Shown: in pieces, positions 1 through 8,824 of the stretch
Position numbering within the stretch: position 1 is the first letter of the stretch
Layout of the letters: every line of letters begins with the position of its first letter
Assembly: GCA_035533955.1 (NCBI GenBank)
Contig: DATLSW010000273.1
Span: 1 to 48,905, forward strand
Direction: 5' to 3'
Length of the DNA: 48,905 nucleotides
From: Ktedonobacteraceae bacterium
GTDB taxonomy: Bacteria; Chloroflexota; Ktedonobacteria; Ktedonobacterales; Ktedonobacteraceae
Notes under the pieces: generated by a model
The model's database searches: none
What the model was told of the DNA's origin: nothing
The model's input: only the letters and a program-made list of their open reading frames with translations
Made by a program: the position numbers and the translations under genes

Positions 1-1004
1 AAAATTGTTATTTGTGCAAAGGTACCATCAGGATTAAGAATACCTATGTTGTAGGATTGCTGTTTGCCATTGCCATTCCAGCAGACCATATAGGTATATA
101 CACCATTCTGGAGAGAGCCGCTGACCCCCATAACCTGCCCATCTATAACCAGATGCGCGCCCAACTCAAGATCACTACCGGTAATGATGATTGTCGTCTG
201 CCCACCAGAGTGAGAAGGCGATATAAATTGCACATTCTGGAGATGTGGCACGCTGCCACCCAGATCAGCAAGTGTAACGGTCGTCGCCAGCCGTTCTACC
301 AGAGCCAGTCGAGGTAAAAGTCCGCGCAAGACCTGACGCGCCTGTATTTCAAACGTAGCGAGTCTACTCTTCAGTTGATCGCGTTGCGCCCCAGCCGGAA
401 CCTGGTTGATTGACTGAACCGCGTTTTTAATTTGCTGATCCAGTTTCTCTAACTGCTGCTCATATGCCTGCGCATCGGATAGATTAGCAAGGTCGGTCAG
501 CGTGTTGAGCCGATCATTCGCAAATTGCAGGTCGAGCGTTGCACGACCTACAGGCGAACCGCTCAGCGAGATTCGCACATTTTGTTCCCATTGATTCAGC
601 GCATAAAGGGGATTGTTGGGATTAGTAACCTGAGACGAGACCATTAGTATGCCGCATGTGAGCAACACCAGCAGCAAACAGCCGGTCAGGGCTACAGCAA
701 AAACAGGACGGGTTCGCATGAGCCGATGTGGAGAGAGCCTGTTCCACCAGGAACGCTGGGACGGCTGGAGGCGCTGCATAGCATTGTGTACGAGCATCTT
801 TTGCTCTAACTTTTCAGCAAAATCCGAGTCAACCTGTACAGCAGATGCCAGTTGAATATGGCGCGCCAGGGCAACCAGCTCGTTCACCTCCTGATCGCTA
901 GCAGGCAATAGAGATGGCAACAGGTCAGGGGATGTGTGAGCAGACCAGATCGAGTTGTCCTGTCTTTCAAGCTCTTCATTAAGATGTTCATAAAGAGGAT
1001 TCAT
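1..1004 (-). CDS. putative anti-sigma factor / single-pass membrane protein (partial, 3' end runs off the window)
   Basis: Absent from the ORF track because there is no stop in the window. Hand translation of the minus strand from ATG 1004..1002 gives MNPLYEHLNEELERQDNSIWSAH...RTRPVFAVALTGCLLLVLLTCGILMVSSQ (one TM), then a Q/L-rich helical region. The frame stays open to position 1. Its ATG overlaps the sigma-factor stop (ATGA at 1001..1004), the classic sigma/anti-sigma coupling. Confidence 0.55.
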   Translation of the reverse strand, partial: MNPLYEHLNEELERQDNSIWSAHTSPDLLPSLLPASDQEVNELVALARHIQLASAVQVDSDFAEKLEQKMLVHNAMQRLQPSQRSWWNRLSPHRLMRTRPVFAVALTGCLLLVLLTCGILMVSSQVTNPNNPLYALNQWEQNVRISLSGSPVGRATLDLQFANDRLNTLTDLANLSDAQAYEQQLEKLDQQIKNAVQSINQVPAGAQRDQLKSRLATFEIQARQVLRGLLPRLALVERLATTVTLADLGGSVPHLQNVQFISPSHSGGQTTIIITGSDLELGAHLVIDGQVMGVSGSLQNGVYTYMVCWNGNGKQQSYNIGILNPDGTFAQITI

Positions 1005-1690
1005 CGTACCCCCCCTGGATTCTGCATTTGCATGGGAGCTGTCCGGTCAGGCGGTGTTTTCTTTGCCAACAACCGTTGTAGACTATGCAGTGCGCGAAAC
1101 TGCAAAGCCTTCACAGCATTATCATTTTTGCCAAGCATACGTGCGACAGTGGCTACGTCATATCCCAGCAGTAACCGACCAACCAGTACCTGGCGTTGCT
1201 CTTCCGTAAGCATATTTATCGCTTTGACCGTAGTGTTCCATTCATCGCGTGCCTCTGCCCAACGAACCGGGTCGCTATCAGGATGGCTCGCGGGGATTGT
1301 CAAGCTTTCGGCGCCTCCCTCTTTGTCTCCCGAAGTTGCTTCGAGCGGAACATGAACCGGCAGCTTCTCGCGTTTGCGATAATAACCTGCCACGCTGATA
1401 CGCGCAATCTGTAGAATCCAGGCAGCAAAACCTGCCTCATCGCTCGTTCGAAGCTGGCTGATTCCTTCGACCATCTTCAAAAATACCTCCGAAGTGAGAT
1501 CTTCCGCTGTCGCACGATCAGGAACGCGGGTAGCAATGTAGCCAAATACGCCGGGCAAGAACTCACGGTAGAGCGTACTCAGCGCCTCAGATTCACTGCG
1601 CCGCGCAGAATCAAGCAGGAGCGTGAAAATAGATGAGCGATTCCCCGTGTCGGGGATATGGCTCCCGGACGTTCGACGCCAGGAAAACAT
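1001..1690 (-). CDS. ECF-type sigma-70 family RNA polymerase sigma factor
   Basis: Sigma region 2 (FGYIATRVPDRATAEDLTSEVFLKMVEGI...FAAWILQIARISVAGYYRKR) and region 4 HTH (LTEEQRQVLVGRLLLGYDVATVARMLGKNDNAVKALQFRALHSLQRLL). Start trimmed to ATG 1690, 6 nt after GGGAGAGGA. ATG 1696 or the track start 1756 are alternatives. Confidence 0.85.
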   Translation of the reverse strand: MFSWRRTSGSHIPDTGNRSSIFTLLLDSARRSESEALSTLYREFLPGVFGYIATRVPDRATAEDLTSEVFLKMVEGISQLRTSDEAGFAAWILQIARISVAGYYRKREKLPVHVPLEATSGDKEGGAESLTIPASHPDSDPVRWAEARDEWNTTVKAINMLTEEQRQVLVGRLLLGYDVATVARMLGKNDNAVKALQFRALHSLQRLLAKKTPPDRTAPMQMQNPGGVR

Positions 1691-1933
1691 GAACATTCCT
1701 CTCCCAAGAAAATAGTAAAAGGCCCGAGGTAACCAGAGGATTACAAGGTCATACAATCCGAGTCGATGTTGGTGTGCAACACCTTCTGCACATTACATTT
1801 CCTTTTTCGGTGATCGATGGCCTCTGTTGCACACTTCCCCTGGTAAGAGAGTTGCAATTAGCAGCATTTTAGTTACGGGTAAAGGAAAATGCAATCAAAC
1901 TGGCCCATCTGGGTATTTGCACCCGCGCTTTCT

Positions 1934-2090
1934 CAGGCCGTAACCAATAACGGGTGAAATACAACTACCTTACAATCAGCTCTATCATCCTGTGTGAAAG
2001 CTGGCACAATTCCATTTTTATCTGGCAGCGATTGCAATCGACCAGCCAGATACATGTAAAGGGAGCCGCATGTCTGTATCTGTCACTACC
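1934..2090 (+). repeat. copy A of a duplicated ~157-nt leader (paralogous to 6006..6162)
   Basis: Same length as copy B. Identical blocks: CAGGCCGTAACCAAT at the 5' edge, and CAGATACATGTAAAGGG..CATGTCTGTATCTGTCA at the 3' edge. The middle is diverged, roughly two-thirds identical by eye with small indels. Confidence 0.8.
2047..2082 (+). promoter_or_regulatory. 8-bp perfect inverted repeat CAGATACA-N20-TGTATCTG bracketing a Shine-Dalgarno (AAAGGGAG) and an ATG
   Basis: Read directly. The arms are identical to those at 6118..6154, while the enclosed spacer differs (AGCCG vs GAACTA). Confidence 0.6.
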
Positions 2091-2171
2091 AGTATGCTGT
2101 TGTCTGTTCTTCCTGATCGGCATTTGATGGTCAATGCTGCGTCTTTCTTTTTTCAAGGAGAAGTTCGATGA
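2070..2171 (+). CDS. possible 33-codon upstream ORF (MSVSVTTSMLLSVLPDRHLMVNAASFFFQGEVR)
   Basis: Starts with the same SD+ATG and first five codons (MSVSV) as the 872-aa gene at 6142. Its TGA (2169..2171) overlaps the ATG (2168..2170) of the next gene. It may be only a by-product of the leader duplication. Confidence 0.2.
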   Translation: MSVSVTTSMLLSVLPDRHLMVNAASFFFQGEVR

Positions 2172-3298
2172 GTCTCACCATTTGCCTTGCCGCGAGTACC
2201 ATTGAATACCCTGAAGGAGGTGGTCATCTATGGGTCTATCTCAACTGGGCTCTTGGTCTACAGGCGCTTGGATGCCGGGTTATCTGGCTCGAGGGGATTG
2301 ACCCCGCAATGCCTGTGCAACAAGTGCGGACCCTGACTTCGATGCTGAAGTCCCGTCTGGAGTCTTATGGATTAGCAGACGATGTGGCCCTTTGTTCCTG
2401 GGACGGCGCGCCACTGCCACAGGCTATGACGGAGAAGTGCCTGGATGTCGATGCCGCAGTCGAGGCGAATTTGCTGCTGAATCTGGCTTATAGTATCCCT
2501 TCCCAGGTCGTGGAACGTTTCCAGCGTACGGCTCTGGTGGACATCGATCCGGGCCTGCTACAGCTATGGATGAGCGCGGGGCTGGTGAACCCTGCCCAAC
2601 ACGACGTATACTTCACTATTGGGGAAACGGTGGGAAAACCAGCCGCACGATTTCCCGATTGTGGCTTGCAGTGGCATTACACGCCGCCAGCGGTTTTTTT
2701 GCCCGCGTGGCCGATGACTCGGACAAGTTCGAGGGCGCCGTTCACCACCGTTTCAGGCTGGTGGGAAGATTGGATAGAATATCAGGGAGAAAATGTCAAC
2801 AATGATAAGCGAACTTCGTTTCTCGAGTACGCAGACCTTCCATTGCATACATCAGCGCAACTGGAATTAGCGCTGTGTTTGTCAAACGAGGACGATGAGG
2901 ATCGGCGATTTCTGGAGCAGCGAGGCTGGAAGATTCGCGATTCATGGGAGGTGGCCCCGAATCCCAAACAATACCAGTCCTACATTCAACGATCTCGTGG
3001 CGAATTTAGTTGCGCGAAACCATCCTGTATGCTGCTGCAAAATGCCTGGATCAGCGACCGAACTCTGTGCTACCTGGCTAGTGGTAAACCGGCAGTGGTC
3101 CAGCATACAGGTTCCAGCAACTTCCTACCGGACGCGGAAGGGCTGTTTCGTTTCCACAACATAGAAGAAGCGGCTCGCGCGCTTACTATGGTGCAGTCAG
3201 ACTACGAGCAACAATGTATACTCGCGCGCCATCTGGCGGAAGATTATTTTGACGCACAGAAGGTCGTTGGATCGGTACTGGAGCGAGCATTAGCCTGA
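2168..3298 (+). CDS. GT-B-fold glycosyltransferase-like protein (CgeB / Glyco_trans_1_2-like C-terminus), paralog A
   Basis: AAGGAG lies 8 nt upstream of the ATG. Colinear with the 8825..9991 product: FTTVSGW, LELAL, SRGEFSCAK, CYLASGKPAV, EGLFRF, DYEQQ, AEDYFDA. Family assignment is from memory of CgeB-like C-terminal domains, not from a search. Confidence 0.6.
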   Translation: MSLTICLAASTIEYPEGGGHLWVYLNWALGLQALGCRVIWLEGIDPAMPVQQVRTLTSMLKSRLESYGLADDVALCSWDGAPLPQAMTEKCLDVDAAVEANLLLNLAYSIPSQVVERFQRTALVDIDPGLLQLWMSAGLVNPAQHDVYFTIGETVGKPAARFPDCGLQWHYTPPAVFLPAWPMTRTSSRAPFTTVSGWWEDWIEYQGENVNNDKRTSFLEYADLPLHTSAQLELALCLSNEDDEDRRFLEQRGWKIRDSWEVAPNPKQYQSYIQRSRGEFSCAKPSCMLLQNAWISDRTLCYLASGKPAVVQHTGSSNFLPDAEGLFRFHNIEEAARALTMVQSDYEQQCILARHLAEDYFDAQKVVGSVLERALA

Positions 3299-3312
3299 AA
3301 GCGAGGTTGAAG

Positions 3313-4056
3313 ATGAACAGTTTTTTCGTAAGCTCCGGATCAGGAGATCGAATCGTCGCTATTTTGTCCTATCACAAAATAGGGAAGCCATCCGTCCCTG
3401 ATTGGGACACCTGGTTCCATATACCTGAAGCCATCTTTGCGCAACATCTGAGCTACCTGCGTGAAAATAGCTGGCATGTGATCAGCCTCGAAGACTTTCT
3501 CAGGTCTCTGACGGAACCGGATAGTTTGCCCCAGCAGTCAGTATTACTGACCTTCGATGATGGCTACCAGTCGCTGCGCCGCGTTGCACTTCCCTGGCTG
3601 ATCAAATTTGGATATCCGGCAGTCGTCTTCGTGCCATCCGATTTCATAGGAGGGCGCAACTGGTTCGATGCTGACAATGAGCCTGAAGATGTAATGTGTG
3701 ATTGGGACGATTTGCGGGAATTGGAGCGCTGCGGCGTTTCCGTGCAATCCCACGGGGTCTCGCACCGGGCATTTTCTGAGCTTGACCTGGCGCAGCAAAG
3801 GGAAGAATTGATGCGATCTAAAGCAGTCCTTGAGGAAGGGCTGAATAAACCCGTCAACGTCTTTGCGTATCCCTATGGAGATATGGGAACGAACCCTGAC
3901 GTACAGCGCAGCTTGCTGAAGCAGGCTGGTTATATTTCTGCTTGTCTGTACGGGGGAAGACCAATCCGTTTACCCATTACCAACCCCTATTGCCTGAGCC
4001 GTGTAGCAATGGGTCCTGATACTGATCTATACGCGGAACTGGAGCAAGGAACCTGA
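3313..4056 (+). CDS. polysaccharide deacetylase (NodB homology / CE4 family)
   Basis: Motifs LLTFDDGY, VQSHGVSHR, AYPYGD. ATG 3313 preferred because GCGAGG lies 6 nt upstream; the track start is TTG 3307. Confidence 0.85.
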   Translation: MNSFFVSSGSGDRIVAILSYHKIGKPSVPDWDTWFHIPEAIFAQHLSYLRENSWHVISLEDFLRSLTEPDSLPQQSVLLTFDDGYQSLRRVALPWLIKFGYPAVVFVPSDFIGGRNWFDADNEPEDVMCDWDDLRELERCGVSVQSHGVSHRAFSELDLAQQREELMRSKAVLEEGLNKPVNVFAYPYGDMGTNPDVQRSLLKQAGYISACLYGGRPIRLPITNPYCLSRVAMGPDTDLYAELEQGT

Positions 4057-5909
4057 TGAACGAGAGTCCTGAAACTTTAGTGGAGGAGAAAACTCCAGGC
4101 ACACTGCGCCTGATGCGGCGTTTGTTGCGCAGGTGCGCGCCTGGTCAGATACCGATGATTGCCCTGGGGCTGGCCGTGTCATTAGTAAGCGCGGGCGCTG
4201 CGCTGCTCCAGCCATGGCCTTTGAAGCTGGTTGTTGATAATGTCGTAGGCAATCATCCGCTTCCTGCTCCACTGGCCGACCTGGCTGGCGTCATCACTAC
4301 CCATACCGCTCTCACCTCATCCCCAAAGGTAGCGCTGCTGATTATTCTTTGCCTGGGAGTGCTGGTGATCCAATCGCTTGTAAGTATACTCGAGGTTTTC
4401 AGTACCTACCTGCTTGTTTCTATTGGCCTACGCATGGTATTCAAATTACGCTGCTCACTGTTCGATCACATTCAACAGTTATCGCTGTCGTTTCACGATG
4501 CGACTGCCGTGGGGGATTCGCTCTATAGAGTCACCTGGGATACCTACTGTGTACAGGAACTATTCAATAGTGGTATTATCCCGGCTCTCACTGCCACTTT
4601 CACTCTCGTGGGTATCGCTATCGTGATGCTTTCTTTAGATTGGAAGGTGACGCTTGCCGCTCTGATGATCGGTGTGCCACTCGTGTTGTTCATTCGACGC
4701 ATGGACAGGCCGATGACAGAATTCTCGCTGCGGGTACACGAGCGTGAGAGTGACATCAGCTCACGCGTGCAAGAAACGTTGACGGGTATCCGGGCGGTTC
4801 AGGCTTATGGGCGTGAGGAGTTTGAAGGTGTTCGCTTCCGCCAGCATGCCAATGCCAGTATGCGTGCGAATCTCCGGCTCACGGTCCTTGAAAGCGGTTC
4901 CCAGGCAGTGATTGATCTGCTGCTCGCGGCTGGCACGGCGGCAGTAATCGGAGTCACGGCTGTCGAAGCTCTGAGAGGACAACTGACTGTGGGCGACGTG
5001 GTACTCCTGGTTGCCTACGTGGCGATGCTCTATCAACCGCTGCAAACGCTGGCCTCCACTGCCGTTGTGGTGCAGAGCGCCGCGGCGGGCGCGCAGCGTG
5101 TCTTTGCAGTTTTGGATGCCCCTCCCGATGTAGCTGATACAGAGCATGCCATCGAGCTCCAAGGCAGATCAAGCGGCCATATCGCTTTCGAGCATGTCTC
5201 ATTTGGCTACAGAGAAGAGCTTCTTACCCTGCAAGACGTGTGTATTGATATTCCTGCTGGCGGGACGGTGGCGCTCGTTGGCCCTTCGGGCGCCGGGAAG
5301 ACGACGCTGGCAAGCTTGCTTATTCGCTTCTATGATCCCAGGGCCGGTCGCATCACCCTTGATGGAGTTGATCTGCGCAGCCTCACCTTGCAGTCCTTGC
5401 GCCGAAACATCGCGCTTGTGCTTCAAGAGCCGGTTTTGTTCTCTGCCAGCATCCGCGAAAATATCGCCTATGCTCGGCCAGGAGTGCCGCTTGAGGAGAT
5501 TAAGGCAGCAGCTCGCGCGGCGGGCGCTCATGAGTTTATCATGGCATTACCTGAAGGCTACGAGACCGAGATCGGCGAACGTGGTGTCACCCTCTCAGGA
5601 GGCCAACGGCAGCGTCTCTCGATTGCCCGCGCATTCTTGAAGGACGCGCCAATCCTGATTCTGGATGAGCCGACGAGTGCGCTGGATGCGGAGACGGAAG
5701 CGCAGTTGCTGGAAGCCCTTGAACACTTAAAAATGGGCCGAACCACGCTCATTATAGCCCATCGCTTATCGACGATTCGCAGCGCCGACCAGATCGTCGT
5801 ACTACAGGATGGGATGGTTGTGGAGGCTGGAACACATGCAGAGCTGATGCACGCAGAAGGTCTTTTCCAGCGACTCTATGATAGCCAGTTTGGAATCGTT
5901 TCTCATTAG
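4056..5909 (+). CDS. ABC exporter, fused permease/ATPase (MsbA-like type I exporter)
   Basis: N-terminal six-helix TMD. Walker A GPSGAGKTT, signature LSGGQRQR, Walker B ILILDEPTS, H-loop IIAHRL. The ATG overlaps the preceding TGA by 1 nt. Confidence 0.9.
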   Translation: MNESPETLVEEKTPGTLRLMRRLLRRCAPGQIPMIALGLAVSLVSAGAALLQPWPLKLVVDNVVGNHPLPAPLADLAGVITTHTALTSSPKVALLIILCLGVLVIQSLVSILEVFSTYLLVSIGLRMVFKLRCSLFDHIQQLSLSFHDATAVGDSLYRVTWDTYCVQELFNSGIIPALTATFTLVGIAIVMLSLDWKVTLAALMIGVPLVLFIRRMDRPMTEFSLRVHERESDISSRVQETLTGIRAVQAYGREEFEGVRFRQHANASMRANLRLTVLESGSQAVIDLLLAAGTAAVIGVTAVEALRGQLTVGDVVLLVAYVAMLYQPLQTLASTAVVVQSAAAGAQRVFAVLDAPPDVADTEHAIELQGRSSGHIAFEHVSFGYREELLTLQDVCIDIPAGGTVALVGPSGAGKTTLASLLIRFYDPRAGRITLDGVDLRSLTLQSLRRNIALVLQEPVLFSASIRENIAYARPGVPLEEIKAAARAAGAHEFIMALPEGYETEIGERGVTLSGGQRQRLSIARAFLKDAPILILDEPTSALDAETEAQLLEALEHLKMGRTTLIIAHRLSTIRSADQIVVLQDGMVVEAGTHAELMHAEGLFQRLYDSQFGIVSH

Positions 5910-6005
5910 CATTCCCTGTAACCTCTCTCACCTCTCAAGAACGTGAGTGATTTTCAGACATTTCTGTATGGAGAGTAGTCGCACGTTTCTTATCGATTCC
6001 TCTCC

Positions 6006-6162
6006 CAGGCCGTAACCAATCGCTGATAAATTACAACATTCCTTTCAATAACAACATGTTCTGGTGAGAAAGCCGGAACACTATTTTTTTACCTGACAGC
6101 GCCTGCAGTCGCTTCATCAGATACATGTAAAGGGGAACTACATGTCTGTATCTGTCAATACC
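6006..6162 (+). repeat. copy B of the duplicated ~157-nt leader (paralogous to 1934..2090)
   Basis: See copy A. This copy ends in the real start of the 872-aa gene. Confidence 0.8.
6118..6154 (+). promoter_or_regulatory. inverted repeat CAGATACA-N21-TGTATCTG bracketing the SD (AAAGGGG) and start codon 6142
   Basis: Read directly. The arms are identical to 2047..2082. Confidence 0.6.
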
Positions 6163-8760
6163 GGTGTCCGCCCCTCTGTACAAGGCAAATTTCTCTTTTC
6201 TGGTGAGAAAAAGCTGTATATTCGCGGCGTCACCTATGGGACATTTCGTCTCGATCAAGATGGCAATGAGTGCTACGACCCGGACGTAGTCGAGCAGGAT
6301 TTTGCTATGATGGCAGCAAATGGCCTGAATGCAATCCGCACCTATACCATGCCTCCGCGCTGGTTGCTGGATATGGCGCAGCGGCACGGTCTCTATGCCA
6401 TGGTAGGGCTGCCGTGGGAGCAACATATCACATTTCTCGACGACAAGAAACGCGCCGCGTCGATAGAGGAACGAGTGCGCAAAGGGGTGAGAGATTGCGC
6501 CGGTCATCCAGCGGTGCTTTGTTATGCCATTGGCAACGAAATTCCCTCTTCGATTGTGCGCTGGTACGGGCATCGCCGTATCGAATGTTACCTCGAACGG
6601 CTCTATCGCGCCGCAAAAGCCGAGGACCCCACGGGACTCGTTACCTATGTGAACTTCCCATCTACCGAATATCTCGAGTTGCCTTTCCTCGATTTCCTCG
6701 CTTTCAATGTCTACCTCGAGTCGCCGCAGAATCTCGAGTCCTATCTTGCACGCCTGCAAAACATTGCTGGTAATCGGCCTCTGGTGATGGCCGAGATGGG
6801 GTTAGACAGCCGCAGGAACGGCGCGGCAAAACAGGCCGAGACGTTAGACTGGCAGATACGCGCGACATTTGCTGGCGGATGCGCCGGTTCGTTTGTCTTT
6901 GCCTGGACAGATGAGTGGTACCGGGGAGGCTATGAAATCGAAGATTGGGATTTTGGCATTACGAGCCGGGACCGGCAGCCCAGGCTGGCGCTGGAAATTG
7001 TGCGCAAGGCATACAGTGAAGTGCCATTTCCAGCAGATTTACCCTATCCACGCGTCTCCGTCATTGTTTGCAGCTACAACGGTCAACGCACGCTGCGCGA
7101 TTGTTGCGATGGTCTGCTGAAGCAGGAATATCCAAACTACGAGGTCATCCTCGTCAACGATGGTTCTAGCGACATGACCCCGGCTATTGGTCAGGAATAT
7201 GGCATCAAGGTCATTACCACTGAAAACCATGGTTTGAGCAAAGCGCGCAACATTGGTTTGGAAGCTGCCACAGGCGAAATTGTAGCCTATATCGACGATG
7301 ACGCTCGCCCTGACCCTCACTGGCTGACTTATCTGGCAACCACTTTTATGAAGAGCGAGTACGCGGGAGTGGGTGGCCCCAATATTGCACCACCTGGTGA
7401 TGGGCCAATCGCTGATTGTGTTGCCAATGCTCCCGGTGGTCCTATTCATGTCCTTCTCTCTGACCAGGAGGCAGAACATATTCCAGGCTGCAATATGGCG
7501 TTTCGTAAATCGTGCCTTCAGGCTATCGGTGGCTTTGATCCCCAGTTCCGTATTGCCGGCGATGATGTCGATGTGTGCTGGCGCTTGCAACAGCGAGGTT
7601 GGAAATTGGGTTTCAGCCCTGCTGCCATGGTCTGGCATCACCGCCGCAATTCGGTAAGGACGTACTGGAAGCAGCAAAAGAACTACGGCAAGGCGGAGGC
7701 TTTGTTAGAAAAGAAATGGCCTGAGAAGTACAACGCGATCGGTCACTTGACATGGGCCGGAAGACTCTATGGTCCCGGCGTTACCCGATCACTCAATTTA
7801 TGGACGAGCCGCATCTACCAGGGTACATGGGGAAGTGCGCTCTTTCAATCCGTCTACCAACCAGCGCCAAACACATTCTGGTCTCTGGCGCTGATGCCTG
7901 AGTGGTACCTGCTTCTTCTGCTTCTCACGGGTTTGTCCCTGATCGGTATTTTCTGGCCTCCGCTCTTCTTCACACTGGCATTACTCATACTGGCATGCGG
8001 TATACCTGTTGTCCAGGCATGTCTAAGCGCCAGAGAAACAGTGCGCAGGGTAGCAACGAGTGACGCCCCTATGAGGATACGACAGCAAGCCGCCAGGCTA
8101 ACGTTGTACAGCCTGACGGCATTGCTGCACCTGCTCCAGCCATTGGCACGCCTGAACGGACGTCTGCGCGGCGGATTATCGCCCTGGCGCTGGCGCGGCA
8201 TAGCTGGTTATGTACTGCCGAGGCCATCTGTATCCACCACCTGGAGCGAGCAGTGGCAAGATCCTCTTGAACATTTGCGTTCCATTGAAGCAACTACGTA
8301 TGCGATTGGCAGCTATGTTCGGCGCGGCGGCGATTACGACCGTTGGGATATGGAGGTTCGTGGTGGAATATTTGGAGCCGCCCGTATGCGTATGGCAGTT
8401 GAAGAACACGGCGCGGGCAAGCAACTGCTGCGTTTCAGTTTCTGGCCGAGATGTTCGTTTACCGTCCTGGCGCTGATCCTGGTATTTGCTCTTCTCTCAA
8501 CCGGAGCCGCATTCGCGCGAGCCTGGACCGCGTCGGCTATTCTCGGCAGCACGGCCCTGCTGCTAGCTATACGCATGTTCGAGGAATGTGCGAACGCCAT
8601 AACAACGCTTCGACGCGTGTTAAAACAGCCAGAGAAAATAGTTGAACAATCCAGGGGCGCGGCTCGCAATACTGTGGGAGGGAAGCCTGAGCCAGGGCGA
8701 ACTCGTGAGCCAGAGCGACTGCAAGGGTCACCCCTACCATATACGGGTTCTCTAGATTAA
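6142..8760 (+). CDS. three-part fusion: N-terminal clan GH-A TIM-barrel glycoside hydrolase-like domain + GT2 glycosyltransferase + C-terminal multi-TM region (putative processive polysaccharide synthase)
   Basis: GH part: YIRGVTYG, acid/base-like AIGNEIP, nucleophile-like VMAEMG. GT2 part: VSVIVCSYNG, LVNDGSSD, AYIDDDA, GDDVDVCWR, RTYWKQQKNYG (Q-x-x-RW-like). At least four hydrophobic helices follow residue ~575. There is no N-terminal signal or TM. Confidence 0.8.
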   Translation: MSVSVNTGVRPSVQGKFLFSGEKKLYIRGVTYGTFRLDQDGNECYDPDVVEQDFAMMAANGLNAIRTYTMPPRWLLDMAQRHGLYAMVGLPWEQHITFLDDKKRAASIEERVRKGVRDCAGHPAVLCYAIGNEIPSSIVRWYGHRRIECYLERLYRAAKAEDPTGLVTYVNFPSTEYLELPFLDFLAFNVYLESPQNLESYLARLQNIAGNRPLVMAEMGLDSRRNGAAKQAETLDWQIRATFAGGCAGSFVFAWTDEWYRGGYEIEDWDFGITSRDRQPRLALEIVRKAYSEVPFPADLPYPRVSVIVCSYNGQRTLRDCCDGLLKQEYPNYEVILVNDGSSDMTPAIGQEYGIKVITTENHGLSKARNIGLEAATGEIVAYIDDDARPDPHWLTYLATTFMKSEYAGVGGPNIAPPGDGPIADCVANAPGGPIHVLLSDQEAEHIPGCNMAFRKSCLQAIGGFDPQFRIAGDDVDVCWRLQQRGWKLGFSPAAMVWHHRRNSVRTYWKQQKNYGKAEALLEKKWPEKYNAIGHLTWAGRLYGPGVTRSLNLWTSRIYQGTWGSALFQSVYQPAPNTFWSLALMPEWYLLLLLLTGLSLIGIFWPPLFFTLALLILACGIPVVQACLSARETVRRVATSDAPMRIRQQAARLTLYSLTALLHLLQPLARLNGRLRGGLSPWRWRGIAGYVLPRPSVSTTWSEQWQDPLEHLRSIEATTYAIGSYVRRGGDYDRWDMEVRGGIFGAARMRMAVEEHGAGKQLLRFSFWPRCSFTVLALILVFALLSTGAAFARAWTASAILGSTALLLAIRMFEECANAITTLRRVLKQPEKIVEQSRGAARNTVGGKPEPGRTREPERLQGSPLPYTGSLD

Positions 8761-8774
8761 TGAACTGTAGGGCA

Positions 8775-8797
8775 GGGGCGACTCTTGTGGTCGCCTT
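8775..8797. repeat. REP-like hairpin GGCGAC-N7-GTCGCC just after the synthase stop
   Basis: Core GGGCGACTCTTGTGGTCGCC closely matches GGGCGACCCTTGCGGTCGCC at 11139..11165. Confidence 0.6.
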
Positions 8798-8824
8798 ATT
8801 GAAAAATGATTGGAGTTGATGCGT

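Noticed and set aside
6031-6759. 242-aa minus-strand ORF spanning the leader and 5' end of the synthase gene
   Set aside because: The opposite strand encodes the clan GH-A domain with clear catalytic-type motifs, and this ORF has no RBS or motif. The same reasoning rejects 7039..7677 (-).
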